Positions 1 to 9,974 of a stretch of 64,000 nucleotides of DNA are shown piece by piece; positions within the stretch are counted from its first letter, which is position 1, and every line of letters begins with the position of its first letter. The notes below the pieces were generated by a model, which worked only from the letters and a program-made list of their open reading frames with translations, was not told where the DNA came from and searched no databases. The translations under genes and the position numbers were made by a program. The stretch lies in the IMG/VR virus record IMGVR_UViG_646564563_000001, one strand, 5' to 3'. The stretch is from an uncultured virus (IMG/VR IMGVR_UViG_646564563_000001) (Duplodnaviria > Heunggongvirae > Uroviricota > Caudoviricetes).

Positions 1-1029
1 TTATTCGACAAAGTCCCTCTTGAGGATGGAATCGAAGAAGAAGATGCCAACTTTCAGGTCGGGCCGAACCAGTTCCACGCACAAGCAACCGAGGAAGTCC
101 TGCGCAAGCGGTCTATCAACCTTGTCGGTTTTTCCGAGGGTGAAAAGAAGGTTGTAGTATTTACCCACAATAAGATTTCGAAGGGCGACGAAAAGGTCCT
201 GCCCTTTGCTTTTGGTGACTACAAGGTCGTCTACATCCAAGGAGGTATAGCCCACGTCAAGGGTAGCCCGCCACCGCCGCAGCAGCCACAGCCGTTCACA
301 CATAGGAATGGTAGATATGCTTGTGGTTCATCGATCTTTCCGGCCCACTGCATCGGCGCAGGCACGTTAGGACTGATCGTTCGAGACGCGGCTGGGCGGC
401 TGTTTGGGATGACCAACAATCATGTCGCGGGAGCATGCAATCACGCAATGCCTGGCCTTCCTATTCTTGCGCCGGGCCCTGTCGATGCCACCCATGATGC
501 CTGCGACCCGTTCACGATCGGACGCCACAGTAGGCTGCTGCCGATCAACGATGGTATCCCCGAAAACATCAACATCGACGATAACTGCGACGTTAGCCTG
601 TTCGAGTTGTCCGACCCTGCCAGAGTGAGCTCGTTCCAGGGCAACGCCTATGACACTCCGGCCATCTCCGGCATGCCGGTTCCCGGTACTCGAGTACGGA
701 AGTATGGCCGAACAACAGGCCTGACCTCGGGCATGATCGTTGCTCAGGCCGCAAGTGCCATTCCCGTTTCGTATAACGTGAACGAGTACGGTGTTAGGAA
801 AAATGTGTGGTTTAACAATATCTTTGTGGTAGCCGGAGACAATGGTCTACCGTTTTCGCGCCCCGGTGACTCAGGGTCACTTGTCGTATCCGACGATGGT
901 GCTGGAAATCTTGTCGCGGTTGGGCTAGTCTTCGCAGGGAACGAACAGCGAAACCAATCGTTCATTCTTCCGCTGCCAGATGTACTGCAGAAACTTGCTG
1001 TGGATATAGTGACGGGCCACCATGCATGA
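1..1029 (+). CDS. Nal1-like trypsin-fold serine protease (5'-partial)
   Basis: Frame 1 is open from base 1 (LFDKVPLE...GTLGLIVRD...MTNNHV); triad motifs TNNH, NCD, PGDSGS; KYGRTTGLTSG. Confidence 0.85.
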   Translation, partial: LFDKVPLEDGIEEEDANFQVGPNQFHAQATEEVLRKRSINLVGFSEGEKKVVVFTHNKISKGDEKVLPFAFGDYKVVYIQGGIAHVKGSPPPPQQPQPFTHRNGRYACGSSIFPAHCIGAGTLGLIVRDAAGRLFGMTNNHVAGACNHAMPGLPILAPGPVDATHDACDPFTIGRHSRLLPINDGIPENINIDDNCDVSLFELSDPARVSSFQGNAYDTPAISGMPVPGTRVRKYGRTTGLTSGMIVAQAASAIPVSYNVNEYGVRKNVWFNNIFVVAGDNGLPFSRPGDSGSLVVSDDGAGNLVAVGLVFAGNEQRNQSFILPLPDVLQKLAVDIVTGHHA

Positions 1030-1258
1030 GACCAGCAGCACACTGCTTGGCGCAGCCAAGGCGTTAGCTAAGGACCTTGCTCTTCCTCCGAGCAAGGTCA
1101 CTGTGTTTGCTTGGAGCGATACGGCCGGAGAGCGTATTGTCATCGCAGCCGATCCGTGCTGGTTGAAGAACAGGCACAAACTACCAGCGTCGTTTCGCGG
1201 GTATCGTGTTGAAGTTCAACAGGAACTTGGGGCGGAAGTGTCCTTACCCAAAACCTGA
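1022..1258 (+). CDS. Small protein resembling the protease N-terminal (pro)domain
   Basis: Overlaps the protease stop; LPASFRGYRVEV parallels LPFAFGDYKVVY in the protease N-terminus. Confidence 0.7.
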   Translation: MHETSSTLLGAAKALAKDLALPPSKVTVFAWSDTAGERIVIAADPCWLKNRHKLPASFRGYRVEVQQELGAEVSLPKT

Positions 1259-1317
1259 CTGAACGCGTTCACTTGACGCTTCCTTCTGGCAGCCAAGCGA
1301 TCTTTTGCAGCCTTGCG

Positions 1318-1557
1318 TCACCGCGAAGCCTTCTCGCTATCCCTCACCACATACCCTGCCACCAAGTTCACCGCCCCCTGAACCAGCGCGAGGCCGCCCG
1401 CCACAAGGGACGCCCCCACTTCGCCCCCGCAGGCGTCCGACAGCCCCGGCAGCCAAGGCGCGATGATCGCGGCAACGATCGGGCCCAGAAGGCTGGTCCA
1501 GCCGACGGCGGCAATCTTGCGGGTGGGGCGAAGGCTGGGCTGATTGATCAGGTTCAT
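1318..1557 (-). CDS. Putative holin
   Basis: 79 aa, two hydrophobic helices, directly downstream of the endolysin, GGAG RBS. Confidence 0.6.
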   Translation of the reverse strand: MNLINQPSLRPTRKIAAVGWTSLLGPIVAAIIAPWLPGLSDACGGEVGASLVAGGLALVQGAVNLVAGYVVRDSEKASR

Positions 1558-1580
1558 GATGGTCTCTCCTTTGGCGGTTT

Positions 1581-2219
1581 TCAGGCCCGGTTGATCCAGT
1601 TGCGCACGACGAAGCCCGGGCAGGCTTTGGCGGCGTGGTCGTTGTGACCGGTGATGCGGGTGATGGCGGTCTCGGCGCGGATGGCGTCGATCAAGCCGCG
1701 CAGGGCGCGATCCTGGGCGGCGGTGAAGTTCCGCTCGAAGGGATCGGTAGCGGCCGAACCCGCGCCGCCGATCAGGCAGATGTGGATGACACCCCGATTG
1801 TGCCCTTCGACCCCGGCGCCGATTTCAGTCTCGGCCCGGCCGGGCAGTATCGCACCATCGCGATCGATCAGATGGTGGTAACCGATCTTGCGCCAACCGC
1901 GCTCTTCGCGGTGCCAGCGGTCGATTTCCTTGCGCTTGGCCGTGAGTGGCTGGCCGCGCATCCAGTCGGGGTGGGTGGCGGCGCAGTGGATGACGATCTC
2001 GTCCACGGGGTAGCGGGCGCTGCCCTGGAAGATCATCGGCCCCGGTGCAGCCGTGGCCACGGGAGGCTTCAGGTTGCGGATCGCGCCGCCCTCGGCCGAA
2101 ACCGCCTTCAGCGCGGCATCGGTGCGCGGGCCGAAGAGGCCGTCGATCGCGCCGGTGTAATAGCCGAGGCGCGCCAGCGCCATTTGCAGCGCCTTCAGCG
2201 CATCGATCTGGTCGTTCAT
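1581..2219 (-). CDS. Endolysin: peptidoglycan-binding domain + T7-type N-acetylmuramoyl-L-alanine amidase
   Basis: LQMALARLGY..IDGLFGPRT; IVIHCAAT, IGYH, GHND..AKACPGF; start reassigned to MNDQ after AAAGGA. Confidence 0.9.
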   Translation of the reverse strand: MNDQIDALKALQMALARLGYYTGAIDGLFGPRTDAALKAVSAEGGAIRNLKPPVATAAPGPMIFQGSARYPVDEIVIHCAATHPDWMRGQPLTAKRKEIDRWHREERGWRKIGYHHLIDRDGAILPGRAETEIGAGVEGHNRGVIHICLIGGAGSAATDPFERNFTAAQDRALRGLIDAIRAETAITRITGHNDHAAKACPGFVVRNWINRA

Positions 2220-2242
2220 GGGTTTGGTCCTTTCGGGCAAAG

Positions 2243-2288
2243 AAAAACCCCGCCGGAACGGCGGCGCGGGGCGGTCTTGGCGGGGTTC
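2243..2288 (-). terminator. Possible intrinsic terminator upstream of the lysis genes
   Basis: Minus strand CCCCGCC...GGCGGGG followed by TTTTT. Confidence 0.35.
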
Positions 2289-2433
2289 AACCGGCAGTGG
2301 ATGGGTCAGGCGGGGGGCTCTGCGCCTCCCGGGCAGCGGCCAGTTCGGCGGCGAGAAGGGCACAGCGCTCGGAGAGGATCACGATCTGCTGGCGCAGTTC
2401 GGCGACATATGCAGCGGATGCAGTGGGGGACAT
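2287..2433 (-). CDS. Small coiled-coil hypothetical protein
   Basis: MSPTASAAYVAELRQQ... preceded by AAAGGAG RBS. Confidence 0.55.
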   Translation of the reverse strand: MSPTASAAYVAELRQQIVILSERCALLAAELAAAREAQSPPPDPSTAG

Positions 2434-2450
2434 GGGGGCTCCTTTCGGGG

Positions 2451-4334
2451 TCAGAAATCGGTCTCGAGGTAAAGGCCTGTGCATTCGAAGGCGACAGCCG
2501 CGGCGGTGGCGCCGTTGTTCAGGAAGAGGCGAGGGGCGAGGAAGGTCGCAGCCTGGGGAAGGTCGGTCGTCACTTCCTGTTCGAAGACCGCGCCGGTCAG
2601 CTCATTCACTGCGCGCAGCCAGATGGAAGTGCCCGCAGCAGGGCACCAAATCGTCAGGGTGATCAGCCCCGCCGTCGCGACTGGAAACCCGGCCCCGAGA
2701 TCCACGAGGGTCGGCGCGCCGGTTGCGTCATTGCTGACCAGCTGCCAGTTCGTATGCGTGCCGCGCTGGAAACCGATCCCGATCGCTTCCACAAGCGCGG
2801 AGAGGGCCGTTGTGACCGCCAAGGCCGCGACCGAGGCCAGCACGCCGAAAAAGCCCATTCCGGTGGCCTGCAAGGTTGTCAGGCTGATCCGCGCGACAAG
2901 AGTGAACCCACCGAGGCCCGCGGCATTCCCGCGCCAGCAGGCGGTGACGGCTGAGCGCTGATCGCAGACGGAATCCACCACCGCGGCCGAGGTCACGCGC
3001 CAGCGCCGGGAACTGGACAGAAGCGTGCCAGCCGCCAGGGCGGGGTGGCTGATGGTGCCCACGCTGGTCAAGGCAATGCCCTGAGCGGCGATCGTCGTGG
3101 CCGAGACGGGTGCCCAGGCCCCGATCCGGTTCAGACCCATGTGTGGTTGGAGGGGGAAGTCGCGCCCCGAAGGCCGGACGACTTCCAGCCAAGGGGCGCC
3201 CGCGCGTTGGCGGCCGTAGAGTGCGAGCTTGCCCGCCGGGGGCGAAGCGGGCATCGCCGAAAGACCGGGGATCACGATCGGCGCCGGGAACTCCGCCCGG
3301 CCGGTTGCCCGATCAATTACGAAGGCATCGAAAAAGGCGGAGCCGTTGGGCGAGACCTTCAGCGTCACGTCGTCCGAACCCAGAAGCCCGAACAGCGCTC
3401 GCGCTGAAAACCCCGTCTTCAGGGCAAGGGTGGCGTCATTCGCGGCGGCGGCCTTGTTGATCGTGGCCTCATGCGACCCGCCCGCATTGTTCAGAAGGGT
3501 CGCCGCGGCGTTGACGCTGAGCCGGTTCGAAGCATCGGGCGAGGCGCCACCGAGGCCCAAGCCCAGCGCACTGATATTTGCCGCGGCCGCGCTGATCGCC
3601 GTGACGCTGGCCGCAAAGGTCACGGTCGGTGAGTTGATGATCGTGCTGCCCAGCGCCCCGGCGGTGGTTGACCCGAGGTTGACCACCGTCGTCGATCCGG
3701 CCGCGCCGCCGGTGCCGAGGTTCACGGTCTTGGTGACGCCCGTGGTCGTGCCCCCGGTGCCGAGCCCATAGGTGGCGGTGGTTGTGGCGGTGCCGATCGT
3801 GACCGCGGCGTTCGAAAATGTCGTCGCTCCAGTGAAGGTCTGGGCGGCGTTGCCGAGATGGGCAAGGGTCGCCGACAGGTTCGGCAGGGTGAAGGTGCGA
3901 GTCGTGCCCGTCAACAGGCCTGAAAGATCGAAGGCCGCGAGCCGCGTCGGATCGGCATCGTCAGCGAGGCGAAACAGGTTGTCCGGAAAGGGCAGCGCTG
4001 CCTGCCGGACCCAAGCGCCGCCAAGAAAGTTCAGAGCGGCATCGGTCGCGCGATCCCAGACCGACCAGCCCTCGGCCGGGGGATAGAAGGCCCAGGCGCC
4101 ATCCTGCCAAGCGGCAATCGCGAAGGCTTGGCCCGCCCAAGCGCCAGTCGGTGCAGCGCCTACGATATAGCGGGCGCCATCGACCGGCGATCCGGGCGGT
4201 GCGTTCAGCCCGGTGCTTTCCACGGCGGGTTGCACAAGGGCATCCAGGGCGCGGAGGGCCTCGTTGACGGTGATGTGCTTCTGCGCCTGGTTCGCCTCAA
4301 GATAGGTAAGGCGGATGTTCGGGGTGTCGGCCAT
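2451..4334 (-). CDS. DUF2793-domain tail fibre protein
   Basis: N-terminal YLEANQAQKHITVNEAL..LD and GAW.GQ..WQDGAW motifs; Thr/Gly-rich shaft; start at MADTP. Confidence 0.85.
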   Translation of the reverse strand: MADTPNIRLTYLEANQAQKHITVNEALRALDALVQPAVESTGLNAPPGSPVDGARYIVGAAPTGAWAGQAFAIAAWQDGAWAFYPPAEGWSVWDRATDAALNFLGGAWVRQAALPFPDNLFRLADDADPTRLAAFDLSGLLTGTTRTFTLPNLSATLAHLGNAAQTFTGATTFSNAAVTIGTATTTATYGLGTGGTTTGVTKTVNLGTGGAAGSTTVVNLGSTTAGALGSTIINSPTVTFAASVTAISAAAANISALGLGLGGASPDASNRLSVNAAATLLNNAGGSHEATINKAAAANDATLALKTGFSARALFGLLGSDDVTLKVSPNGSAFFDAFVIDRATGRAEFPAPIVIPGLSAMPASPPAGKLALYGRQRAGAPWLEVVRPSGRDFPLQPHMGLNRIGAWAPVSATTIAAQGIALTSVGTISHPALAAGTLLSSSRRWRVTSAAVVDSVCDQRSAVTACWRGNAAGLGGFTLVARISLTTLQATGMGFFGVLASVAALAVTTALSALVEAIGIGFQRGTHTNWQLVSNDATGAPTLVDLGAGFPVATAGLITLTIWCPAAGTSIWLRAVNELTGAVFEQEVTTDLPQAATFLAPRLFLNNGATAAAVAFECTGLYLETDF

Positions 4335-4347
4335 AGGGGCCTCCGGA

Positions 4348-7300
4348 TCAAAGGGTGACGTCGAGAATGGCGCCCCGGCCCAGCGCGCCGGTCTGTGCGA
4401 TGCGAAGCGCGAGAGGGCCGGTGACCGGGGCACCGAAATCGGCGGCTTGCATGGCGGCGGTGTAGGTGAAGGCGGGGGTGGCAAGACCCGAGGCGGTTCG
4501 AACGACAACCGCTCCATTCAGGATGTCGATCGCGTAACCCTCGGCCGCCTCGCCAAGTGGCACCTCTGTCAGTGCCCAGTTGTCGCCAGCGAAGGCGCGG
4601 GTGCGTCGGGTCCAGCTGAGGGCGATATCGCCGCCGGGCAGATTGACCCGCCGGGCGTGACAAGGCCGCCAGGGGCGCAGGCCACGGGCCGAGGGGGCAA
4701 AGGTGACGGCCAAGTTTGCCGGATCGCTTGCGGGTTTGCTCGAAGCGCCGACCCGCCAGTTCCAGGGCGCGCCATAGTCTGCACTGCCGATCGGCAGGGG
4801 TTTGACCCCACCGTCCAGCACGACGACACGTGCCCCGGCGGGGGCGGGGTTGGCGATGGCGTCCTCGGTGCCAAGGAGCCCACGAAGAAGCCGGGTCAGG
4901 CGCCAGCGCCCGGGGGATTGCAGGCTGGCGGTGGCGAAGCCGACGATCTCCCACAGATCGGGGGCCGTCTCGATCGCGAGCCAGTTCGTGCCGGAAAACA
5001 CGGCCGTATCGCTGACGCTGGCGAACTGGCCCGCGATCATGTCGACCCAAAGCTCGTTGCCGCGGTCAAAGCGGTTGGTCGGTCCTGCATAGAACGGGAA
5101 GGCCAGGGTGCCGAACCAGCCCGGCCGCGAAATCGTCGTCAGGACCGCAAAGCCATCGGTCGTGGCCGATCGCCAGACTGCCGCCGTGCCATACCACGGG
5201 GCGGCGTGGGCGGCGGCATAGGGTTGCCAGTCGGGGAAATCCTCCGACAACTGCGGCAGGTTCATCAGCGCGACGAGGGGCGGCCCGTAGACAGCCTTCG
5301 CGCCCGAAGTTGCGCCCCGATCCGAACCGGGGGCCAGATCGTAAAGCGCGCGATCTGACCGGCGCGCCTCCACCCGCCGCCCGGTGCCGTCGGTGATCGC
5401 GGTGAGGGCAAATTCGATCAGGCGATTGTCGTGATCAAGAAGGATCACATCGGCCGGGTCCAGCGCCAGGCGCGACGGTGGCAGGGTGAAACTCGCCTTC
5501 TCGCGGCCGACCCAAGCCTCGAAGAGGGCCCGGCGCACCCCGCGTTCGGCGGCGCCGCTGGTCGAGGCGATCGGCAGCTGCTCTGCCGAGATGCGAGCGG
5601 TGTCGACAGTGATCCGGCGGGCTTCGACCGTGATCCCAGCGAATTCCTCATCCCGCGCCATCAGCCGCCATTTGAGGGCGAGAGGAAGTTCGGTCTCCTG
5701 CGCGCGGGTCAGTTCCAGATCCTCGCCCTCGCGACTGGCCGCCACCAGCGTGTCGAGGGTGATGGTGGCGACGGGCCGCTGCCCCCGCATCCGAAAGCGG
5801 ATTTTGCCCTCGGCCTCGAAGGCGTCAAAACCGAAGAGGCGGGCGAGGGTCTCGATGGAGGCGCGGGGGCTTTCGATCGCGTTGACCGCAAAGCCCGGCA
5901 CCGACCCGGAGAGGTCGGTGACATCGAGGTCAGATTGGGCCAGCCCAGCGCGAGCGCAAAGCTCGGCTACGAGTTCGGCGAGGCCCGTGGCTCCGGCTCG
6001 GCCGGTGAGCCAATGCCCCAGCCGCCAGTTCTCCGCATCCGACCAGACATCGCTGCGGGCGGGGAAGGCCGGGAAGGGCCGTGCGTCCCACGTCCAAAGC
6101 GCGATCTCGGCCGTCTCGATCATCCGGCCGGAATAGAGGCTGGCAGAGGGGTTGTTGGCCGGGTTGGCCCAATAGCCGACCAGAGCCTCGGCATAGCGGC
6201 GCTGGATGAACTCGTCGGGCCAGCCCCGGGAAAAATGCGGCAGCAGGGATTCTGAGGACTTTGGGTCGACGAAGACGTTCGGCTGGTTGGTGCCACGATC
6301 GACGCAAGGCGCGCCTGCTTCGGTGAACCTGATCGGTTTCGATCCGGGCACCCAAGCCGTCGGCCCGCCGCTTTCAACGCCGCCCGGGCGATTGAAATGC
6401 TGCTGGCCCCACCAGTTGCGCAGGTCCTTGGGGCGGAAGACCCAAGGCTTTCCGGCCCCATCGGTGATCGGGGTGCGGATTTGCGCCAGGCGATCGGCCG
6501 AGGAGGCATAGAACCAGTCGAAGCCCTCGCCGCCCTCGATATTGGCTTGCAGATAGGCGGTCTGCCGTGGCCCCTGCCATCCAGCCAGAGCGTCGAGGTG
6601 ATCATCGCCATCGCGCCAGTCGGAGAGCGGCAGGTAGTTGTCGATGGCCACGAAATCCACATTCGCGGATGCCCAGAGCGGATCGAGGTGGAAGAATACG
6701 TCGGTTGAACCGTCGGCAGGCTGATGGCCGAAGTATTCCGACCAGTCGGCGGCATAGCTGACCTTGGTGGAGGGCCCGAGGATGGCGCTGACATCGGCCG
6801 CGAGTTGCACGAAGGCGGTGACGGCGGGATAGGTCGCAGCCCCCGAACGGATTTGGCTGAGGCCGCGCATCTCGGTGCCGATCAGGAAGGCATCGACGCC
6901 TCCGGCCGCGGCGCAGAGGTGGGCATAGTGCAGGATCATCCGGCGCAGGCCCCAATCACTGCCGCTGCCGGTGAAACTGACCGTCGTGCCCGAGACTGCA
7001 AACTGCCCCGGGGTGGCCGATCCGAAAAACGCCGCAACTTGTGTCCCTGCCGCCGCCGTTTTGTCGACCGTGCCCGCGAAGCCTGCCGCAGGGGCGCAGG
7101 TGATCCGTCCGCGCCAGGGATAGACCGGCTGACCGGGCGCGCTGCCGTTTGGCGAGTACGGGTTCGGCAGCGTGTTGGCGGCGGGGATATCCATCAGGAT
7201 GAAGGGGTAAAAGGTGACACGCTTGCCGCGGGCCTTCAGCTCCTGAATGGCCTGCACGACGGCGGCATCGGTCGGCGTGCCGCCATAGGCCGGGCCCCCT

Positions 7301-8319
7301 TCGACGGTGGAGACCACATGGGCACCGGCGCGCGTTACGCCGTTCACCTGCCAGGTCATTGGGGTGGTGGTCTTCGTGACGGATTCGACGCCTGGCTTGA
7401 TCTGACAATTGCCCGCCCGCAGATCGGTGCCGAACCAGGACACGACCAGCGACACCGCCTCACACTCCGGCAGGGCGGCATCCAGTCGGTTCAGCGAGGC
7501 CACCAGATCGGGCAGGCCCTCGACGCTGTTCTCGTTCTCTGGCACCGCCGTGCCATTGCCGCCGCCGCTGTTCCAAAGCCCCGGCGCGGCCGTGGTGCGG
7601 GTGACGGTCTCAGTGGCATAGACGAACTCGCCCGCGGACGGGATCAGGTTCACGGCGCGCACGAGGCGTTCCATCGCGCCGGGATCGGGCGAGGGCCGGA
7701 TCACCTCGAAGGACAGTTGGGGCAGGCGATTGCCGAAGGTCTCAAGGGCCAGATCCTCGAACATGACATAGGCCACGCCCCGATAGGCCGGGGCCTGCCC
7801 AGCGCCCTCCTTCGCCTCAATGAAGGGATCGGGCATTTGGGCCTCGGAGCCAAGATGCACCCGGATCACCGCGCCGGGCACATCAAACGGTTTGCCATCG
7901 GCCCAGATACGGCAGACGCCGCCGATCGGGCCTTCGCAAAGCGCCACGGCGAAGGAAGCGTAGTAGCGAGAGCCTTCGGTGACGACCTTGGGCCCGCCGC
8001 CCTTGCCGCCGCCTTGGGTCTGGCGGAACTGTTCTTCGCGGAAGTCGGTCGCCCAGATGATGTTCCCGCCAAGCCGCATCGTGCCGTAAAGGCGCGGGAT
8101 CACCGCCCCTTCAGTCGCGGACGTCAGGCGCAGGTCATCAAGCTTCGCGCCTTCGATGCGCTGATCGGGGGCGAGCGAGCCGATGATCAGGCTGTCGATG
8201 ACGGAGCCTGCAAATGACCCGATCGCGCCGCCGATGGTGGCGGCGCTGAAGCCGAGAAACGCACCACCGAAAGCGCTGCCGATTGCGGAACCGGCGGCGG
8301 CGAGGAGCATGGTTGCCAT
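4348..8319 (-). CDS. GTA-like baseplate 'megatron' / host-specificity protein (GTA_TIM + phage-tail_3)
   Basis: SYAADWSEY, IDNYLPLSDWR, IEGGEGFDWFY, WTWDARPFP motifs; start at MATML. Confidence 0.92.
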   Translation of the reverse strand: MATMLLAAAGSAIGSAFGGAFLGFSAATIGGAIGSFAGSVIDSLIIGSLAPDQRIEGAKLDDLRLTSATEGAVIPRLYGTMRLGGNIIWATDFREEQFRQTQGGGKGGGPKVVTEGSRYYASFAVALCEGPIGGVCRIWADGKPFDVPGAVIRVHLGSEAQMPDPFIEAKEGAGQAPAYRGVAYVMFEDLALETFGNRLPQLSFEVIRPSPDPGAMERLVRAVNLIPSAGEFVYATETVTRTTAAPGLWNSGGGNGTAVPENENSVEGLPDLVASLNRLDAALPECEAVSLVVSWFGTDLRAGNCQIKPGVESVTKTTTPMTWQVNGVTRAGAHVVSTVEGGPAYGGTPTDAAVVQAIQELKARGKRVTFYPFILMDIPAANTLPNPYSPNGSAPGQPVYPWRGRITCAPAAGFAGTVDKTAAAGTQVAAFFGSATPGQFAVSGTTVSFTGSGSDWGLRRMILHYAHLCAAAGGVDAFLIGTEMRGLSQIRSGAATYPAVTAFVQLAADVSAILGPSTKVSYAADWSEYFGHQPADGSTDVFFHLDPLWASANVDFVAIDNYLPLSDWRDGDDHLDALAGWQGPRQTAYLQANIEGGEGFDWFYASSADRLAQIRTPITDGAGKPWVFRPKDLRNWWGQQHFNRPGGVESGGPTAWVPGSKPIRFTEAGAPCVDRGTNQPNVFVDPKSSESLLPHFSRGWPDEFIQRRYAEALVGYWANPANNPSASLYSGRMIETAEIALWTWDARPFPAFPARSDVWSDAENWRLGHWLTGRAGATGLAELVAELCARAGLAQSDLDVTDLSGSVPGFAVNAIESPRASIETLARLFGFDAFEAEGKIRFRMRGQRPVATITLDTLVAASREGEDLELTRAQETELPLALKWRLMARDEEFAGITVEARRITVDTARISAEQLPIASTSGAAERGVRRALFEAWVGREKASFTLPPSRLALDPADVILLDHDNRLIEFALTAITDGTGRRVEARRSDRALYDLAPGSDRGATSGAKAVYGPPLVALMNLPQLSEDFPDWQPYAAAHAAPWYGTAAVWRSATTDGFAVLTTISRPGWFGTLAFPFYAGPTNRFDRGNELWVDMIAGQFASVSDTAVFSGTNWLAIETAPDLWEIVGFATASLQSPGRWRLTRLLRGLLGTEDAIANPAPAGARVVVLDGGVKPLPIGSADYGAPWNWRVGASSKPASDPANLAVTFAPSARGLRPWRPCHARRVNLPGGDIALSWTRRTRAFAGDNWALTEVPLGEAAEGYAIDILNGAVVVRTASGLATPAFTYTAAMQAADFGAPVTGPLALRIAQTGALGRGAILDVTL

Positions 8320-8324
8320 GGGGA

Positions 8325-8780
8325 TCAGCCTGGAAATATGAAGGCCGCCACGGCGCGACGGCGCCAGGGCAAGGTGAAGGGTTCGCGCGTGACGCCGGTG
8401 GTCTCGCGGGCATGGATTAGGGTCAGCTGGCTGGCAGGGCCGGGCACGAGGATGCCGCAGTGTTTGGCCGGGCCGTTTGCCACCATGCGGAAGAGGAGCA
8501 GCGCGCCGGGTTCGGCCGCACCCACCGGGATCTCGATCAGGAAGGCGCGGGCGGCCTCCCACATCACTTCGCGGCCGCTGCTCTCGCCCCAATCGCGGGT
8601 ATAGGGCGGTGGAGCGATCGGTTCGGCCCCGCGCAGGTCGCGCCAGATGCCGCGGGCGAGGCCAAGGCAATCGGTGCCAAGGCCGCGTGCAGAAGCCTGA
8701 TGGAGGTAAGGCGTACCGAGCCAGCTTGTCGCAATCGCCACCACCCGGGCGGGATCGGCCGGGGCGCGGGTCTCAGCCAT
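8325..8780 (-). CDS. NlpC/P60 tail peptidase
   Basis: WLGTPYLHQ..G.GTDCLGL, KHCGI motifs. Confidence 0.92.
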   Translation of the reverse strand: MAETRAPADPARVVAIATSWLGTPYLHQASARGLGTDCLGLARGIWRDLRGAEPIAPPPYTRDWGESSGREVMWEAARAFLIEIPVGAAEPGALLLFRMVANGPAKHCGILVPGPASQLTLIHARETTGVTREPFTLPWRRRAVAAFIFPG

Positions 8781-9678
8781 CGGCGAGGGGGCGCAGCGGT
8801 GCGCCGGAGTTGGCGTCGGTTTCGTTGGGGTAGCGGGTGACCAGATCGTCGCCGGGGATGGAGGGAAAGCCGCGAAAGTTCAGCGCATTGCCGAACCGGT
8901 CGCGGCAGGTGGCGTGGCGCTTGTCGCAGCCCGCGGTGATCGCAAAGGCGTCGCCCGGCGCGATCGGGCGCACCGGCGCTTCCATCAGCGTGATCGTGGC
9001 GGTGCCGCTGGCCAGCGTGTGGCTGGCCACTTCCGTCCGCCGCCCGGCATTGGCGCCTGAGGTCCATTCCACCACCCCGAAGTCGAACCAGCCCGAGGCA
9101 AAGGCCCCGAGGCCGGTTGCCACGGTAAGCCGCCGGTCGCCGATCGTGGCCGTGACCGACCCCGTGCCCCGATATAGCGGCCCCGTCAGGTTCACCCCGC
9201 AGCGGGCATCGCCCAGCGTCGCGTCGCAGAAGTACTGAAACGTCCGCCCCACCGGTTGGTTCAGCAAATGCGCCAGCGCCCGCACTTCCGCCGTGAAGGC
9301 ATAACGCCCCCGCCTGATCTCGCCGATGCTGCCGCGTCGCATCAGGACGCGCTGGCTGACCGCTTGCCAGTTCACCAGCCAAACCTCGACCGCGGCATTG
9401 TCCCAAAGGCCGTCCGCGATATCGGTCTCGGTGATCCGGTCGGAGCGCAGCGCGCCCTGGACGTCTTGGGCGTCAACCGACAGATCACCGAGGCTTCTGA
9501 TCTCGCTCGCCGCGAAACCAGTCTCGGGTTCGAAATTGGTGCCTGCAAAGGCCAGCACACGGTCATGATCGGTAAACCCGAAGACGGCACCATCGCGCCT
9601 TTGAAGGCGCCAGCACCACGCAAGAGTGGTGGTGCCTTCATCCAGATGCGCTTGGAAGCCCGCGGGCAGGGTCTTCAT
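8773..9678 (-). CDS. DUF2163 / BR0599 baseplate hub protein
   Basis: GFTDHDR, CDATLGDARC, AGCDKR..TCRDRFGN.LNFRGFP motifs; start at MKTLP. Confidence 0.92.
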   Translation of the reverse strand: MKTLPAGFQAHLDEGTTTLAWCWRLQRRDGAVFGFTDHDRVLAFAGTNFEPETGFAASEIRSLGDLSVDAQDVQGALRSDRITETDIADGLWDNAAVEVWLVNWQAVSQRVLMRRGSIGEIRRGRYAFTAEVRALAHLLNQPVGRTFQYFCDATLGDARCGVNLTGPLYRGTGSVTATIGDRRLTVATGLGAFASGWFDFGVVEWTSGANAGRRTEVASHTLASGTATITLMEAPVRPIAPGDAFAITAGCDKRHATCRDRFGNALNFRGFPSIPGDDLVTRYPNETDANSGAPLRPLADG

Positions 9679-9974
9679 GGGGTGCGGTCCTGTTGTTCGA
9701 GGCGTCCTACGGCGGCGCCAATGCGGGCGATGTTCTCGTCGAGGCGGATCATCCGCTCTTCGATCACGGCGATCGCGCGAAGCGCTTCGGTCACGTCGCG
9801 GATTTGCTCGGGACGGATCATTGCCAGATCGTCCAATTGTCGTTCGAGCATCGCGACGCGCGTGTTGATGATCCCGGCCCACCAGATCGCCGCCCCGCCT
9901 TGGGCGGAAAGGGCCAGCGCGAGACTGACGTAGGCGACATAGCCCATCGTGTTGCGGTCCTTGGGTGGGGTCAT
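9675..9974 (-). CDS. Membrane-anchored coiled-coil hypothetical protein
   Basis: N-terminal hydrophobic helix then heptad pattern; ATGA overlaps with both neighbours. Confidence 0.65.
   Translation of the reverse strand: MTPPKDRNTMGYVAYVSLALALSAQGGAAIWWAGIINTRVAMLERQLDDLAMIRPEQIRDVTEALRAIAVIEERMIRLDENIARIGAAVGRLEQQDRTP

Noticed and set aside
1..303. Minus-strand 100-aa ORF, and the 409 start for the protease
   Set aside because: Shadow of the plus-strand protease, whose frame is open from base 1
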